This document shows positions 1-12,421 of a stretch of 64,000 bases of DNA, piece after piece. The translations under genes were made by a program, and so were the position numbers. Origin of the DNA: Macrostomum lignano (taxonomy: Eukaryota). How positions within the stretch are numbered: the first letter of the stretch is position 1; each line of letters begins with the position of its first letter. The stretch covers positions 124,001 to 188,000 of the forward strand of contig NIVC01001873.1 of the NCBI GenBank assembly GCA_002269645.1, in the 5' to 3' direction. The notes under the pieces were generated by a model. That model saw nothing but the letters and a program-made list of their open reading frames with translations, had not been told where the DNA came from and searched no databases.

Positions 1-1
1 T

Positions 2-178
2 GCGTCTTCGGACCGCCCTGCAGCTAAGTCAAGTAAGTCAAGCGGTAAGGAAGGCCACATCGCCCGCCGGTGCCCTGCTGGCGGATCTCAGGGCCAAGGT
101 CGCTGCTTCAACTGCTCCGGCTGGGGCCACAGCGCGGCTGTCTGTCCGTCAAAGGCTCGGCCGTCGGGAAACTTCTGA
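2..178 (+). CDS. gag: Ty3/Gypsy gag, C-terminal end with CCHC zinc knuckle (5' part lies outside the window)
   Basis: Frame 2 reads ...GKEGHIARRCPAGGSQGQGRCFNCSGWGHSAAVCPSKARPSGNF*. CFNCSGWGHSAAVC is a C-X2-C-X4-H-X4-C knuckle, and the frame overlaps the start of the pol frame. Confidence 0.85.
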   Translation, partial: ASSDRPAAKSSKSSGKEGHIARRCPAGGSQGQGRCFNCSGWGHSAAVCPSKARPSGNF

Positions 179-3100
179 GGGTTGGCAGCGAAGGGCCAGC
201 TCCAACCCGTCAATCAAGTGCCCAATCTGCACTCTCAATCTTCGTGCGTGCGCTTCTGCAAGGCAAGGAGGTCAGTTTCTTGCTCGACACTGGCGCACAG
301 ACATCCTTGATCAGCCGCAGCCTCGCGCAAGTCTGCGGCCTTCAGATCGAGCCCGGTGGAAGCTGCTGCCCGACTTCGGTCGATGGTGGCCGCCTGAGTT
401 GCATCGGGATTGCCCGAGCCACAATTCAAGTCGGCCAGTCAGTCAAGGTTGTCCATCAGCTCAACGTGGTGGAGAACATCAGTCTGGATCTCATCCTCGG
501 CATGGACTTCATCACCCGAACCACCCGAGAGCTTCAGATCGACATCGTTGGTAGGACCGTATGCCTCAACGGAGAGAAAGTCCCGTTCTTAAACAGCAGC
601 TCAAGCGTCCGAATGGTGACCGGCACCCTCGTTGCTCGAGTGGAAAGCAACACAAGTGTTCCAGCACGAAGCGAAAAGCTGGTGTGGCTCCGCGTCAAGT
701 CGGAAGACGAGCAAGGCATCTTCGAGCCCGACGCCAACTTTACCCAAGCGACTGGTTTGCTTGTCTCGAGAGTTTTGACCGTTTCAGCTGATCAGAAGAT
801 TCCAGTCCGGGTGTGCAATTTAGGCTCCGAGGAGGTGCTACTCTACGCCAACAAGGCCGTCGGCTCTTTTGAAGCTGCCGACCTGATCAACAACAGCGCT
901 GGCACAGTCAAGCAGTCGGACTGCTGGGTTGTCAACCCTGACTTGGATGCGGCTGACAGGCAGAGACTACTGGCACTACTCAAGGCGAACGGTGACCTGT
1001 TCAGCACTCACGAGTACGACCTTGGCTCCACCGCGCTGCTGAAACATCGTATCGAGCTGCAGCCCGGCACGCAGCCCTACAAGCAGCGCCAGCGACCGAT
1101 TCCGCTGCCGGTTCGTGACCAGGTCGACCAGAAAATTGGCCAGATGCTGGAGCACGACATCATTGAGCCGTCCAACTCGCCCTGGGCCAGCAATCTTATC
1201 GTCGTCCGGAAAAAGAGCGGCGACATCCGCCTATGCACCGACTGGCGTCAGTTGAACGCTGTGACCATCAAGGACGCCTACCCCCTGCCGCACCTGCAAC
1301 AATCGATGGATGCTCTGGCGGGCTGCTCTTGGTTTACCACCATCGACTGCAAGCAGGGGTTCAACCAGGTCGTGGTCGACGAGGCAGACCGCTACAAGAC
1401 TGCTTTCTATTCCACACGAGGCCTTATGCAGTTCAAGAAGATGGGCTTCGGTATGTGCAACTCTCCTGCGACCTTCCAGAGGCTAATGGAGCTCGTTATG
1501 TCCGGCCTGACCTGGGAGGAGGTGCTAGTCTACGTGGACGACTTGATCGTGTTCAGTCGGAGCTTCGAAGAGCATCTGGCCAGCCTGCGCAAAGTTTTCG
1601 ACCGGCTGCGAGCTGCGGGACTGAAGCTCAACAAGGACAAGTCGGTGTTCGCTCACAGGAGCGTGAAGTACCTGGGCCACATCGTCAGCCGGGAAGGAAT
1701 TCGGCCGGATCCGGACAAAGTGGAGGCCCTGGCCAAGATTCAGTCACCAAGCTCTGCCGAGGAGGTGCGACGATTCATCGGCATGTTGTGCTTCTATCGC
1801 AGATTCATCAGGGACTTCAGCAAGACAGCGGCACCACTGCATGCCGCAACACAGAAGACGGGCTTCACCTGGACAGACGAGTGCGAGACGGCCTTCCAGA
1901 CGCTCAAGGAGCAACTTGGGCGAGCACCTGTGCTTCGCCTGCCGGACTTCCGCCGACCATTTGTCCTGAGCTGCGACGCCAGCGCCTTCGCAGTGGGTGC
2001 GGTTCTCTGCCAGCGTTACGGAGACGCGGAGCTTCCAGTGGCATTTGCCTCCAGGACCCTCAACAAGGCGGAACGAAATTACTCGGCCACTGACAGGGAA
2101 CTGCTCGCCTTGGTTTGGAGTCTCAAGCACTTCAGAGCCTACCTGTGCAACGTGAGAGACTTCACTGTGTTTACCGATCACCAGCCGCTCAAGGGCCTGC
2201 TGCAGACCAAGGAGCCAGAGGGTCGGCTGGCACGTTGGCTCGACACCATCCAGCAGTTCAATTTCGCGCTCTGCTATCGGCCAGGGCGGGAGAACGTGGT
2301 GCCAGACGTGCTCAGTCGGACGGCTGTCACTCAACTGGCAAATCGCGATGACTTCCTGGCAGAGCAGCTCCGAGACAGCCTTCTGCAGAATGTCTTCAAG
2401 GCGATCAGTGACGGCTTCGTCCACCTGTCCAAAGGCTGTCGGCAGCGAGTCGAAGAATTCCTAGCAAATGGCGACATCCAGATCGGGCAACACGGTGAGC
2501 TGGTCCGGCAGGGCAAACCGGTGGTGCCCAGTCACCTGCGTGCGCAGTTCCTGGCTGACGCGCACGACGCCGCCTGCAGCGGTCACCTCGGCACAGACCG
2601 AACGCTGGACAAGCTCGCCGACCGCTGCTGGTGGCCGGGCATGCACAACGACGTCAAGAACTGGGTCGCCAGCTGCGCCGCTTGTCTTCGGCGGAAGAAC
2701 AGCAGTCGGCCGCAGCGAGCACCACTGCAAGCGACTCCACTGCCGTCGAGGCCATGGGAGATGGTCCAGATCGATATCAAGGGTCCGCTGCTAAGGACAC
2801 CACGAGGCAACAGTTACGTGCTGAGCATTGCATCTGTGACTGCTTCTCAAAGTGGATGGAGACCTGCGCTCTACCAAGCATCGAGGCTGAGCGGGTGGCC
2901 GACGCTCTGGTCAGGCAGGTAGCGCTTCGGCACGGCGTCCCAGACGCAATCCACAGCGACCAAGGGCGTCAATTCGAAAGCCATCTGTTCCAGTCCCTGT
3001 GCCAGCGGCTCGGCATGCAGAAAAGCCGCACTTCGCCTTTCCATCCCAGCGGCAACGGCCTGGTTGAGCGCGGAAACCGAACCCTTGGTGACATGCTAGC

Positions 3101-3836
3101 GACGGTTGTGGCAGAGGATCAGGACGACTGGGACCTCCAACTTGCCTTCGTTACGCGGGCCTTCAACAGCTCGGTGCACTCGACCACGGGCCTGTCGCCG
3201 TACCAGACGCTGCACGGATGGCCACCAAGGCTGCCAATCGACTCCAAGCTGCCCAAAGCATCGGATGGCTTCACTGATGCGCTGGACTTTGCAGAGGCGA
3301 CTCAGAGGCGCCTGCTGGACAGCCGGGCGCGTGTCCATCAGCAGCTGCAGGCGTCGCAGACCGAGCGCAACGAGCGGTACAACATGGAGACTCGGTTCCG
3401 GCCGTACAAAGAGGGCGACTTGGTGATGCTGAGCTGCAAGGTGGTGAAACCTGGCAGATCAAAAAGCCTCAGTAACCGCTGGACCGGGCCGTACATCATC
3501 CTGAAGAGGCTCGGCGAGGTCAACTACCGAGTGCGGCCGGCCTCGGGTCCCGGCGTGCGGATGCGACGCAGGCAGGTGGTGCACCACGACCGGCTCAAAC
3601 CATTTGTGGAACGGCGCAACTCCTTACGGCCCGGCGACGACCTGCAGGCTACCGCAGACGAGACTGCTGACGGACTGGTGGACCCTCAGCTCCAGGCGCC
3701 TGATGCCTGGGTGCAGCTGTTCGACGGTAACGGCGGACCGGATGAGACAGCGACCGAGACCAATCAGCAAGAGGCTCAGCTGCCGAGACGGTCGGCCAGA
3801 GAGCAAAGACCTCCTGATTTTTATCGCCCAATGTGA
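166..3836 (+). CDS. pol: Ty3/Gypsy pol (protease-RT-RNase H-integrase), interrupted by one frameshift at about 2829-2833
   Basis: Protease LLDTGAQTS; RT motifs DAYPLP, FKKMGFGMCNSPATFQR and YVDD; RNase H CDASAFAVGAVL, NYSATDRELLA and TDHQPL; integrase HHCC (HDAACSGHLG...CAAC), DDE core (HSDQG, GNGLVERGNRTL) and GPY motif (WTGPYIILKR). The PR-RT-RH-IN order is Gypsy-type. Confidence 0.95.
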
Positions 3837-3903
3837 ATGCTTGATTTTCTGTGAACTTTTGCCATAGACATTGTGTTGCGTCTTTTAAACCCGGGGGAAG
3901 TGG

Positions 3904-4095
3904 TGTGAGCATTCTATGCACCTAAATATTCTAATGTTGTTCGTAGTCCTATTTGTACGTGCTTGCGTTTGGGGGGGTGGTTGTTTGCAACGTGCGGCTG
4001 CGCCCGTGTGTGTGCAACACCCAAACCCCACCTCAATCTTCGGCTTATAAAATATATCGATTGTCAGGCCTGAGCGCCAAGTCGGTTTTCTCACA
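3904..4095 (+). repeat. 3' LTR (192 bp) of the Gypsy element
   Basis: Starts TGTGAG directly after the PPT and ends CTCACA (6-bp inverted termini, TG...CA). Contains an internal TATAAAA. The 5' LTR is outside the window, so identity and TSD cannot be checked. Confidence 0.75.
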
Positions 4096-4128
4096 ATCTC
4101 AAACCTCGCTCGTTTTACAGAATGGAGA

Positions 4129-4291
4129 CTAACTGACTAACTAACTAACTGACTGACTAACTGACTGACTGACTGACTAACTGACTGACTAACTAACTGA
4201 CTGACTAACTGACTGACTAACTGACTAACTGACTGACTAACTAACTGACTAACTGACTGACTGACTAACTAACTGACTGACTGACTAACTG

Positions 4292-4334
<43 letters not shown>

Positions 4335-4383
4335 GACTAACTGACTGACTGACTAACTAACTGACTAACTGACTAACTGACTG

Positions 4384-4414
<31 letters not shown>

Positions 4415-4690
4415 GACTAACTGACTGACTGACTAACTAACTGACTAACTGACTAACTAACTGACTGACTGACTAACTGACTAACAACTGACTAACTAAC
4501 TAACTAACTTACTGACTGAATGACTAACTAATTAACTGACTGACTGACTAACTGACTGACTGACTAACTGACTAACTGACTAACTGACTAACTGACTAAC
4601 TGACTGACTGACTGACTAACTAACTAACTGACTAACTAACTGACTAACTGACTAACTGACTGACTAACTGACTAACTAACTGACTAACTG
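4129..4690. repeat. (ACTG/ACTA)n compound microsatellite
   Basis: Directly visible. Confidence 0.97.
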
Positions 4691-4879
4691 GTTACCCCAA
4701 TCGGGACAATAAAATGGGGGCAGAGAAGCTACAGGGCCGCAGAGTTTGCTCTGGTAGATAGGTAGATAGATATAAAAGGACCAGTAGGCATTCGGGAGGG
4801 AGGATTATCAGGCGATCCAGAACAGCATCCCATGCACTCTACTAACAGTAAGTGTGCATAACAACCAGAAATGCGTTAC

Positions 4880-7800
4880 CAAGGATGGCGAAGTGAAGAG
4901 CTGCACAGACAGCTGAGCAATAGAGTCCTCCTGATGATGCATGTCCACGCAGAATCTCTCAAATATTTGCTCCTGATTCACAGCGTACAGAGCGGCAATC
5001 TGGCGCTTGTAGTTGGCCTTCATCAGCAGCGACTTGATCAGCATCTCGATAAAGGATTTGCGAGCTGCTTTCCACAGGTGATCGGTGTGCACCAGCAGGT
5101 AGTACACCAGAGGCTGCCCTGGTGCCCATTCGGTGCCGGGAAAGTTATCAACGGGGGCCAGAAGGCTTTGGCAGAACAGCTCGTGCAGACCGTCTGGAAA
5201 ATGTGCAGGCCTTGCGTGAAATACCAGCATGTACAATGCACTGACCAGAATCATGTACAATGCACTGACCAGAATCATGTACAATGCACTGACCAGAATC
5301 ATGTACACTGCACTGACCAGAATCATGTACACTGCACTGACCAGAATCATGTACACTGCACTGACCAGAATCATGTACAATGCACTGACCAGAATCATGT
5401 ACAATGCACTGACCAGAATCATGTACAATGCACTGACCAGAATCATGTACAATGCACTGACCAGAATCATGTACAATGCACTGACCAGAATCATGTACAA
5501 TGCACTGACCAGAATCATGTACAATGCACTGACCAGAATCATGTACAATTCACTGACCAGAATCATGTACAATGCACTGACCAGAATCATGTACAATCAA
5601 CTGACCAGAATCATGTACAATCCACTGACCAGAATCATGTACAATTCACTGATCCCAAATCATGTACAATCCACTGACCAGAATCATGTACAATGCACTG
5701 ACCAGAATCATGTACAATCAACTGACCAGAATCATGTACAATCCACTGACCAGAATCATGTACAATTCACTGATCCCAAATCATGTACAATCCACTGACC
5801 AGAATCATGTACAATGCACTGACCAGAATCATGTACAATGCACTGACCAGAATCATGTACAATCAACTGACCAGAATCATGTACAATGCACTGACCAGAA
5901 TCATGTACACTGCACTGACCAGAATCATGTACAATGCACTGATCAGAATCATGTACAATCAACTGACCAGAATCATGTACAATGCACTGACCAGAATCAT
6001 GTACAATGCACTGACCAGAATCATGTACAATCAACTGACCAGAATCATGTACAATCAACTGACCAGAATCATGTACAATCCACTGACCAGAATCATGTAC
6101 AATTCACTGATCCCAAATCATGTACAATCCACTGACCAGAATCATGTACAATCCACTGACCAAAATCATGTACAATTCACTGATCCCAAATCATGTACAA
6201 TGCACTGATCCCAAATCATGTACAATGCACTGACCAAAATCATGTACAATGCACTGACCAAAATCATGTACAATGCACTGATCCCAAATCATGTACAAAC
6301 TCACCAGACTGCTTAATAAGCTGGCCCAGCCAGCTCAGCAGGTACAAGCACATTGATTGATAAGCGAACGACACTGAGCGGACAGGGTAGCAACCGAGCT
6401 CGAAGCCGCTGGACTCCCTGATGGTGCCGCGAATCTCTGAGCACAGCTTCTTGGCTGAGGCCCAGTCGGACAAGCTTACAACGCTTCGACCGTCGTTATC
6501 AACCACAGTGGCAAAGTGATTGGCATCGTGCTCATCGACGCCCAGGCACTGGGTCAGCGTGTTGATTACCTGGTTGCGATGCAAGTTTTATTTATGGATA
6601 GCTATGGATAGCATAAGGCCTGAGTTGTTTTGTCTGTTGTTACATAGACATGTAAATTCCGGATGCCATTTATTTCAAAGACCCCTAAATTTCTGATGCC
6701 ATTTGTCACATTGACCCCTAAATTTCTGATGCCATTTGTCACATTGACCCCTAAATTTCTGATGCCATTTGTCACATTGACCCCTAAATTTCTGATGCCA
6801 TTTGTCACATTGACCCCTAAATTTCTGATGCCATTTGTCACATTGACCCCTAAATTTCTGATGCCATTTGTCACATTGACCCCTAAATTTCTGATGCCAT
6901 TTGTCACATTGACCCTTATGTTTCTGATGATATTTCGCCTGAATCGAACTCTCTCTTACCTGCGGATAGCTGTGAACTTCATCATTGTACAGCACAGAGG
7001 CGTATTGCCCGCCAGCCTCAGCGTCAGACTCGGAGGTATCCGTGCGCTCGCCGTGTGGCAGCCAGCGGCGCAGCAGATTAAGATCCACCTCATCCAAGCG
7101 GTCTACGTTGCTTGGCAACCGGATACGATACTCCAGCAGGGTCAGGTGCAGGGCTAGCTGCAGTACCTGCAATATTCAATGCGTAAGATTACATTGATTG
7201 GTAGAAGTACTGCTAATCATCATTAAGGAGTTATCAATTCCTAGATTCACGATTCAGATCCTAACAAAAGAAGCACTTAATTATTTTCTCAATACTCTTA
7301 GATCAAATCGTTTTTACAACTAAACTCCCATTTTTTTAAATCCCAAACTAAATTAGAAAAATTACAAACTATATGAGCGTACTATCTTCCACTTCGGATC
7401 ACCAATCCAATCCTTTAGGATCCCCAATCCCATTCTTTAGGATCCCCAATCCCATTCTTTAGGATCCCCAATCCAATCCTTTAGGATCCCCAATCCCATT
7501 CTTTAGGATCCCTAATCCCATTTTTTAGGATCCCCAATCCAATCCTTTAGGATCCCCAATCCCATTCTTTAGGATCCCCAATCCCATTCTTTAGGATCCC
7601 CAATCCAATCCTTTAGGATCCCCAATCCCATTCTTTAGGATCCCCAATCCCATTCTTTAGGATCCCCAATCCAATCCTTTAGGATCCCCAATCCAATCCT
7701 TTAGGATCCCCAATCCCATCCTTTAGGATCCCCAATCCAATCCTTTAGGATCCCCAATCCAATCCTTTAGGATTCCCAATCCCATCCTTTAGGATCTTTA

Positions 7801-10339
7801 ATCCCATCCTTTAGGATCCCCAATCCAATCCTTTAGGATCTTTAATCCCATCCTTTAGGATCCCCAATCCAATCCTTTAGGATCCCCAATCCCATCCTTT
7901 AGGATTCCTAATCCAATCATTTAGGATCCCCAATCCCATCCTTTAGGATCCCGAATCCAATCCTTAAGGATCCCCAATCCCATCCTTTAGGATCCCCAAT
8001 CCCATTCTTTAGGATTCTTAATCCAATCCTTTAGGATCTTTAATCCCATTCTTTAGGATCCCCAATCCAATCCTTTAGGATCCCCAATCCCATCCTTTAG
8101 GATCCCCAATCCAATCCTTTAGGATCCCCAATCCCTTTCTTTAGGATTCTTAATCCAATCATTTAGGATCCTTAATCCCATCCTTTAGGATCCCCAATCC
8201 AATCCTTTAGGATCCCCAATCCCATCCTTTAGGATTCTTAATCCAATCCTTTAGGATCTTTAATCCCATTCTTTAGGATCCCCAATCCAATCCTTTAGGA
8301 TCCCCAATCCCATCCTTTAGGATCCCCAATCCAATCCTTTAGGATCCCCAATCCTATCTTTTAGGATCCCAAATCCCATCCTTTAGGATTCCTAATCCTA
8401 TCTTTTAGGATCCCAAATCCCATCCTTTAGGATCCCCATTCCGATCATAAGATCCCCAATCCCACAACAAAATCCCCATTTCCATCATAAAATCTCCAAT
8501 CCCACAACAAAATGCCCAATCCCACAACAAAATCCCCATTTTCATCATAAAATCCCCAATCCCACCACAAAATACCCAATCCCACAACAAAATCCCCAAT
8601 CCCATCAAGTGTCAGCGAGCGGACAGACCTGATTGCAGATTGCGCGAAAGCGATCTGCCATGCCAGCCGGCAGTTTTTCGACGGGGGACACGGGGGCGCC
8701 CGACTGACTGCCGGCTTGCCGCTCGTGCAGGGAGCACCGGTGATAGCGCTTGAACGCTTCGGGATCGCCGCAATCGCAGTAGCCGCCGTTGCCCGAGGAC
8801 AGGTGCATCTGCGGTTTGTTTAATGAGGTATTGAGGTGTTAAATTTAAGCCTAGTGACGTGGGCCTGCCATGGCACCCATATTTTAGAGCATGGCAACTA
8901 TATTGTATACAATCGTTCCCATATTTATAACATGTGACAATCACATACCCTGGTATTTTACAGTTTGGCAACCATACGTCTTGTATAGCATGGCAATTAT
9001 CTCGTGTCACATAGCAGCCAATATTGCACGCTATGGCAAGACAAGCTTATTGAAGGAAGCTAGGTATAGTTTCAAAATTAACAGGCGGATTCTGTACAAT
9101 AAATATCACCCCAAAATACAGTATGGTTGCCAAGGTACACAATATGGTTTCCAAGGTACACAATATGGTTTCCAAGGTACACAATATGGTTGCCAAGGTA
9201 CACAATATGGTAGCCATGGGACACAATGTGGTTGTCAAGGGACACAATATTGTTGCCATGGGACACAATATGGTTGTCAAGGGACACAATATGGTTGCCA
9301 TGGGACACAATATGGTTGTCAAGGGACACAATATTGTTGCCATGGGACACAATATGGTTGTCAAGGGACACAATATTGTTGCCATGGGACACAATATGGT
9401 TGTCAAGGGACACAATATTGTTGCCATGAGACACAATATGGTTGTCAAGGGACACAATATTGTTGTCATGGGACACAATATTGTTGCCAAGGGACACAAT
9501 ATGGTTGTCAAGGGACACAATATTTTGTCATGGGACACAATATGGTTGGCATGGGACACAATATGGTTGTCAAGTGACACAATATTGTTGCCATGGGACA
9601 CAATATGGTTGTCAAGGGACACAATATTGTTGCCATGGTACACAATATGTTTGTCAAGGGACACAACATGGTTGCCATGGGACACAATATGGTTGTGTCA
9701 CACAGTAAACCACAGTATGGTTGTGTCAAGGGACACAATATTGTTGTCATGGGACACAATATGGTTGCCATGGCACACAATATGGTTGTCAAGTGACACA
9801 ATATTGTTGCCATGGCACACAATATGGTTGTTAAGGGACACACATCGGCAGTGAAAATTTCTAAACAACTTTCTGAATTTGCGGCAACTCACCTTATAAT
9901 TATGGTTCTTATGCTCCGAGTGCACAAAGCAATTGTTGCACATGACAGATGTTGGATCGGCCGTGCAATCACTGTAATGATTTATGCATAAACAAACTGT
10001 GGTCAAACATTAGCACGAAACGAAGCACACTGGTTTTAAAACTCACTGGCAAGTGAAAACTGGCTCGTTATTCTTTAAAATGTAGCCACAGATCCCAGGA
10101 TTTTTATCCTGCGTCAGCTTCTCAAATTCCACGTCAGGCGTGGCGCTGGCGGTAATGAACTGCTCCAACGGAGAGAGGATCTGATTTCGAGCCAATACAT
10201 CGAGAAATAGCAAATCTGGTCGTACTTTCGGCGCAAACACTTTTGGCCCGCTGTTAAAGAACAGTTGCTTAAGGCCTTCGCCTAGCTGGCCCGCTTGGTA
10301 GTATGATTGTAGATTGCGATCCTGAAAGTTGCTGGACAT
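4880..10339 (-). CDS. UBR1: E3 ubiquitin ligase UBR1/UBR2-like N-recognin, first six coding exons (gene continues past the Gypsy element, out of the window)
   Basis: Exons 10047-10339, 9893-9971, 8629-8808, 6960-7166, 6305-6569 and 4880-5193, all GT-AG and phase-consistent. The spliced product has a UBR box (CGYILKNNEPVFTCHDCTADPTSVMCNNCFVHSEHKNHNYKMHLSSGNGGYCDCGDPEAF), a ClpS-like segment (VLYNDEVHSYPQVINTL...VVDNDGRSVV) and the UBR1/2-like LWKAARK...LSVQLFTSPSL. UBR1 and UBR2 cannot be distinguished. Confidence 0.93.
5229..6298. repeat. 24-bp minisatellite (catgtacaatgcactgaccagaat) filling UBR intron 5
   Basis: Directly visible tandem array. Confidence 0.97.
6660..6925. repeat. 33-bp minisatellite in UBR intron 4
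   Basis: Unit aatttctgatgccatttgtcacattgaccccta, about 7-8 copies. Confidence 0.95.
7405..8605. repeat. 22-bp minisatellite (ctttaggatccccaatccaatc) and derived variant in UBR intron 3
   Basis: Directly visible. Confidence 0.95.
9120..9840. repeat. 21-bp minisatellite (gggacacaatatggttgtcaa) in UBR intron 2
   Basis: Directly visible. Confidence 0.95.
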
Positions 10340-10383
10340 AGTCAATCCTTGATAGCAGGGACCCCAGTGAGTGTCGGATCCTA

Positions 10384-10555
10384 GTGATGGACCAGACTGA
10401 GGGTGCTGGATGGATCCCAGTGATGGACCAGACTGAGGGTGCTGAATGGATCCCAGTGATGGACCAGACTGAGGGTGCTGAATGGATCCCAGTGATGGAC
10501 CAGACTGAGGGTGCTGAATGGATCCCAGTGATGGACCAGACTAAGCATTGGATCC
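10384..10555. repeat. 36-bp tandem repeat just upstream of the UBR start codon
   Basis: Unit gtgatggaccagactgagggtgctgaatggatccca, about 4.5 copies. Confidence 0.92.
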
Positions 10556-11959
10556 CAGTGAAATAATACATAGTTTAATGACTTTCAATTAAAGTGAACA
10601 TAATAACAGTTGTAGAGAATTCTATTAATATATCATTCTTAGAAATACATTAAATTGATAACAAAATATATGTATTATTTATATTTCTAATAAATAAATT
10701 TAAAAGACTAATGAGTACTTAGATTGACAATCTAGTAAAATTGCCATGCTGTAGGACTATTGACTAACTATATAATAGCTTGTAGAAAATTGGGGTATTC
10801 AATGACTCAATCTACAAGATCTTGACTAAAGACTTTAACCTATAAGGTCCATACAAAGTAGGTTGCAATTTTTCTTACTAATGACTAATAGAATTTCTAG
10901 GTTGCCATGTGTACCTCCAACTTGTAGCAATATTAGTAGGAAGTTAAACTAAAGTGGCAAAATTCTATATGGAGATAGTTTGGTTCTATTTGATCCTAGA
11001 AGGCTATCAGATCTATTGAGCAACCAAAAATCATATATATAATATATTTTAACCACCATAGCCTGCTATTTAACTAGCCAGTGCAAGCAAAACAGTCAAT
11101 GGTAATATTTTGTTTATATCTATTGATACTAAAAAAGTTTTAACAATTAAGCTTTGAAAATATCTGGGGGATGCTTGCTATCTATAGGATACTTGCTATT
11201 TGCAGATACATACTATCTGGGGTTATGCTTAGTATCTAGGCGGATGCTTACTACAAGTATTAGGAGGTGCTTGCTATATGTGGTTGCTTACTTTTGGAAG
11301 GGGTACTTGCTATCTGGGGGGATGCTTGCTATCTTGGAAATATTTTCTATTTAGGTGAAATGTCAGCTATCTTTGTGAAAGCTGTATTTTGTTGTCTGTT
11401 TGTTAATTTTAGAAAAAAATAGATCATTTACATGTATTGCTTTCATTTATATGATTGTAAACTAAAGCTGAGGGGGGGTAGCATGTAGGGAATAGAGTGT
11501 CAATGTGACTACATATCTTTGACACCCCCTCAACTTCAATATATATCATTTAAATGAAAGCAATATATATAAATGATTGTGAACCAAAGCTAGCATATAT
11601 ATTTATTAAGATAGTTATCAATTTCAGATAATGCTTGTAGAATACCAAAACCCCTATTATATACACACTAGCTTTGGCTCACAATCATTTGCATGTATTG
11701 CTTCCATTTAAATGATTATAAACCAGAGTAGATATATAAGCTCAGTTTAACAATTTTATGTTTATTTCAAGCATACAATGATCACTTAAAAAAATACATG
11801 GATTGTAAACCAAAATGTGGGTGGAAAAATGATTGTAAACCAAGGAATGCCAAAATTTTTGCCATTTAGAGACTAATATTAATAATAGGACCTACAGGTT
11901 TTAAATAAAAAAGATAGGCCTACCAAAGAATAGGCTCAAAATTTACAAGTTTTGTATTT

Positions 11960-12421
11960 TTTATTTCTATCATCTAAGGTTATTAGAAAATATTTAGGCC
12001 TAATACTTTTCATATAACCCTTGTAATTATATATTTTATCATTTTAAGATAAGGTAAGCCAAGGATATTTATTAGAAAATATAAAACTTTTCATTAAGGG
12101 TTTAAAGATACCCTAGAATCATCATTTGGTTTTTAGATAAAATCATTAATAACTTTTTTCTACTTGTGCAATAAACTAAAGCGACCATTAATTGGAAAGA
12201 AAAAATGTTTTGAACAACTTTGGGGCAGTTTTATTTCATTACATTACATATAAAACTTTTTTTGCTTTCTATGCGAGAATGTCAAAAAATGACACTTTCA
12301 TATTTGGTTGATGATATCTTACCCTAACTTTAATAATTATAAGTGATTATAAAAGACCATAATGATAAGGGTTATATGAAAAGTTAATATTTTTCTAATA
12401 ACCTTAAAAATGATAAAATAG
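11960..12421. mobile_element. AT-rich degenerate inverted-repeat (MITE-like) element
   Basis: aaggttattagaaaatatt...cttttcatataaccctt (11976-12022) is the imperfect reverse complement of 12367-12405. No TSD was identified. Confidence 0.45.

Larger units (their letters stand above)
1..4095 (+). mobile_element. Ty3/Gypsy LTR retrotransposon, 3' portion
   Basis: gag end, pol, polypurine tract GGGGGAAGTGG (3893-3903) and 3' LTR. Confidence 0.93.

Noticed and set aside
235-3806. Alternative-frame and antisense ORFs inside Gypsy pol
   Set aside because: These are shadow ORFs of GC-rich coding sequence with no motifs. The same applies to those overlapping NECAP, the GPCR and the LITAF genes.
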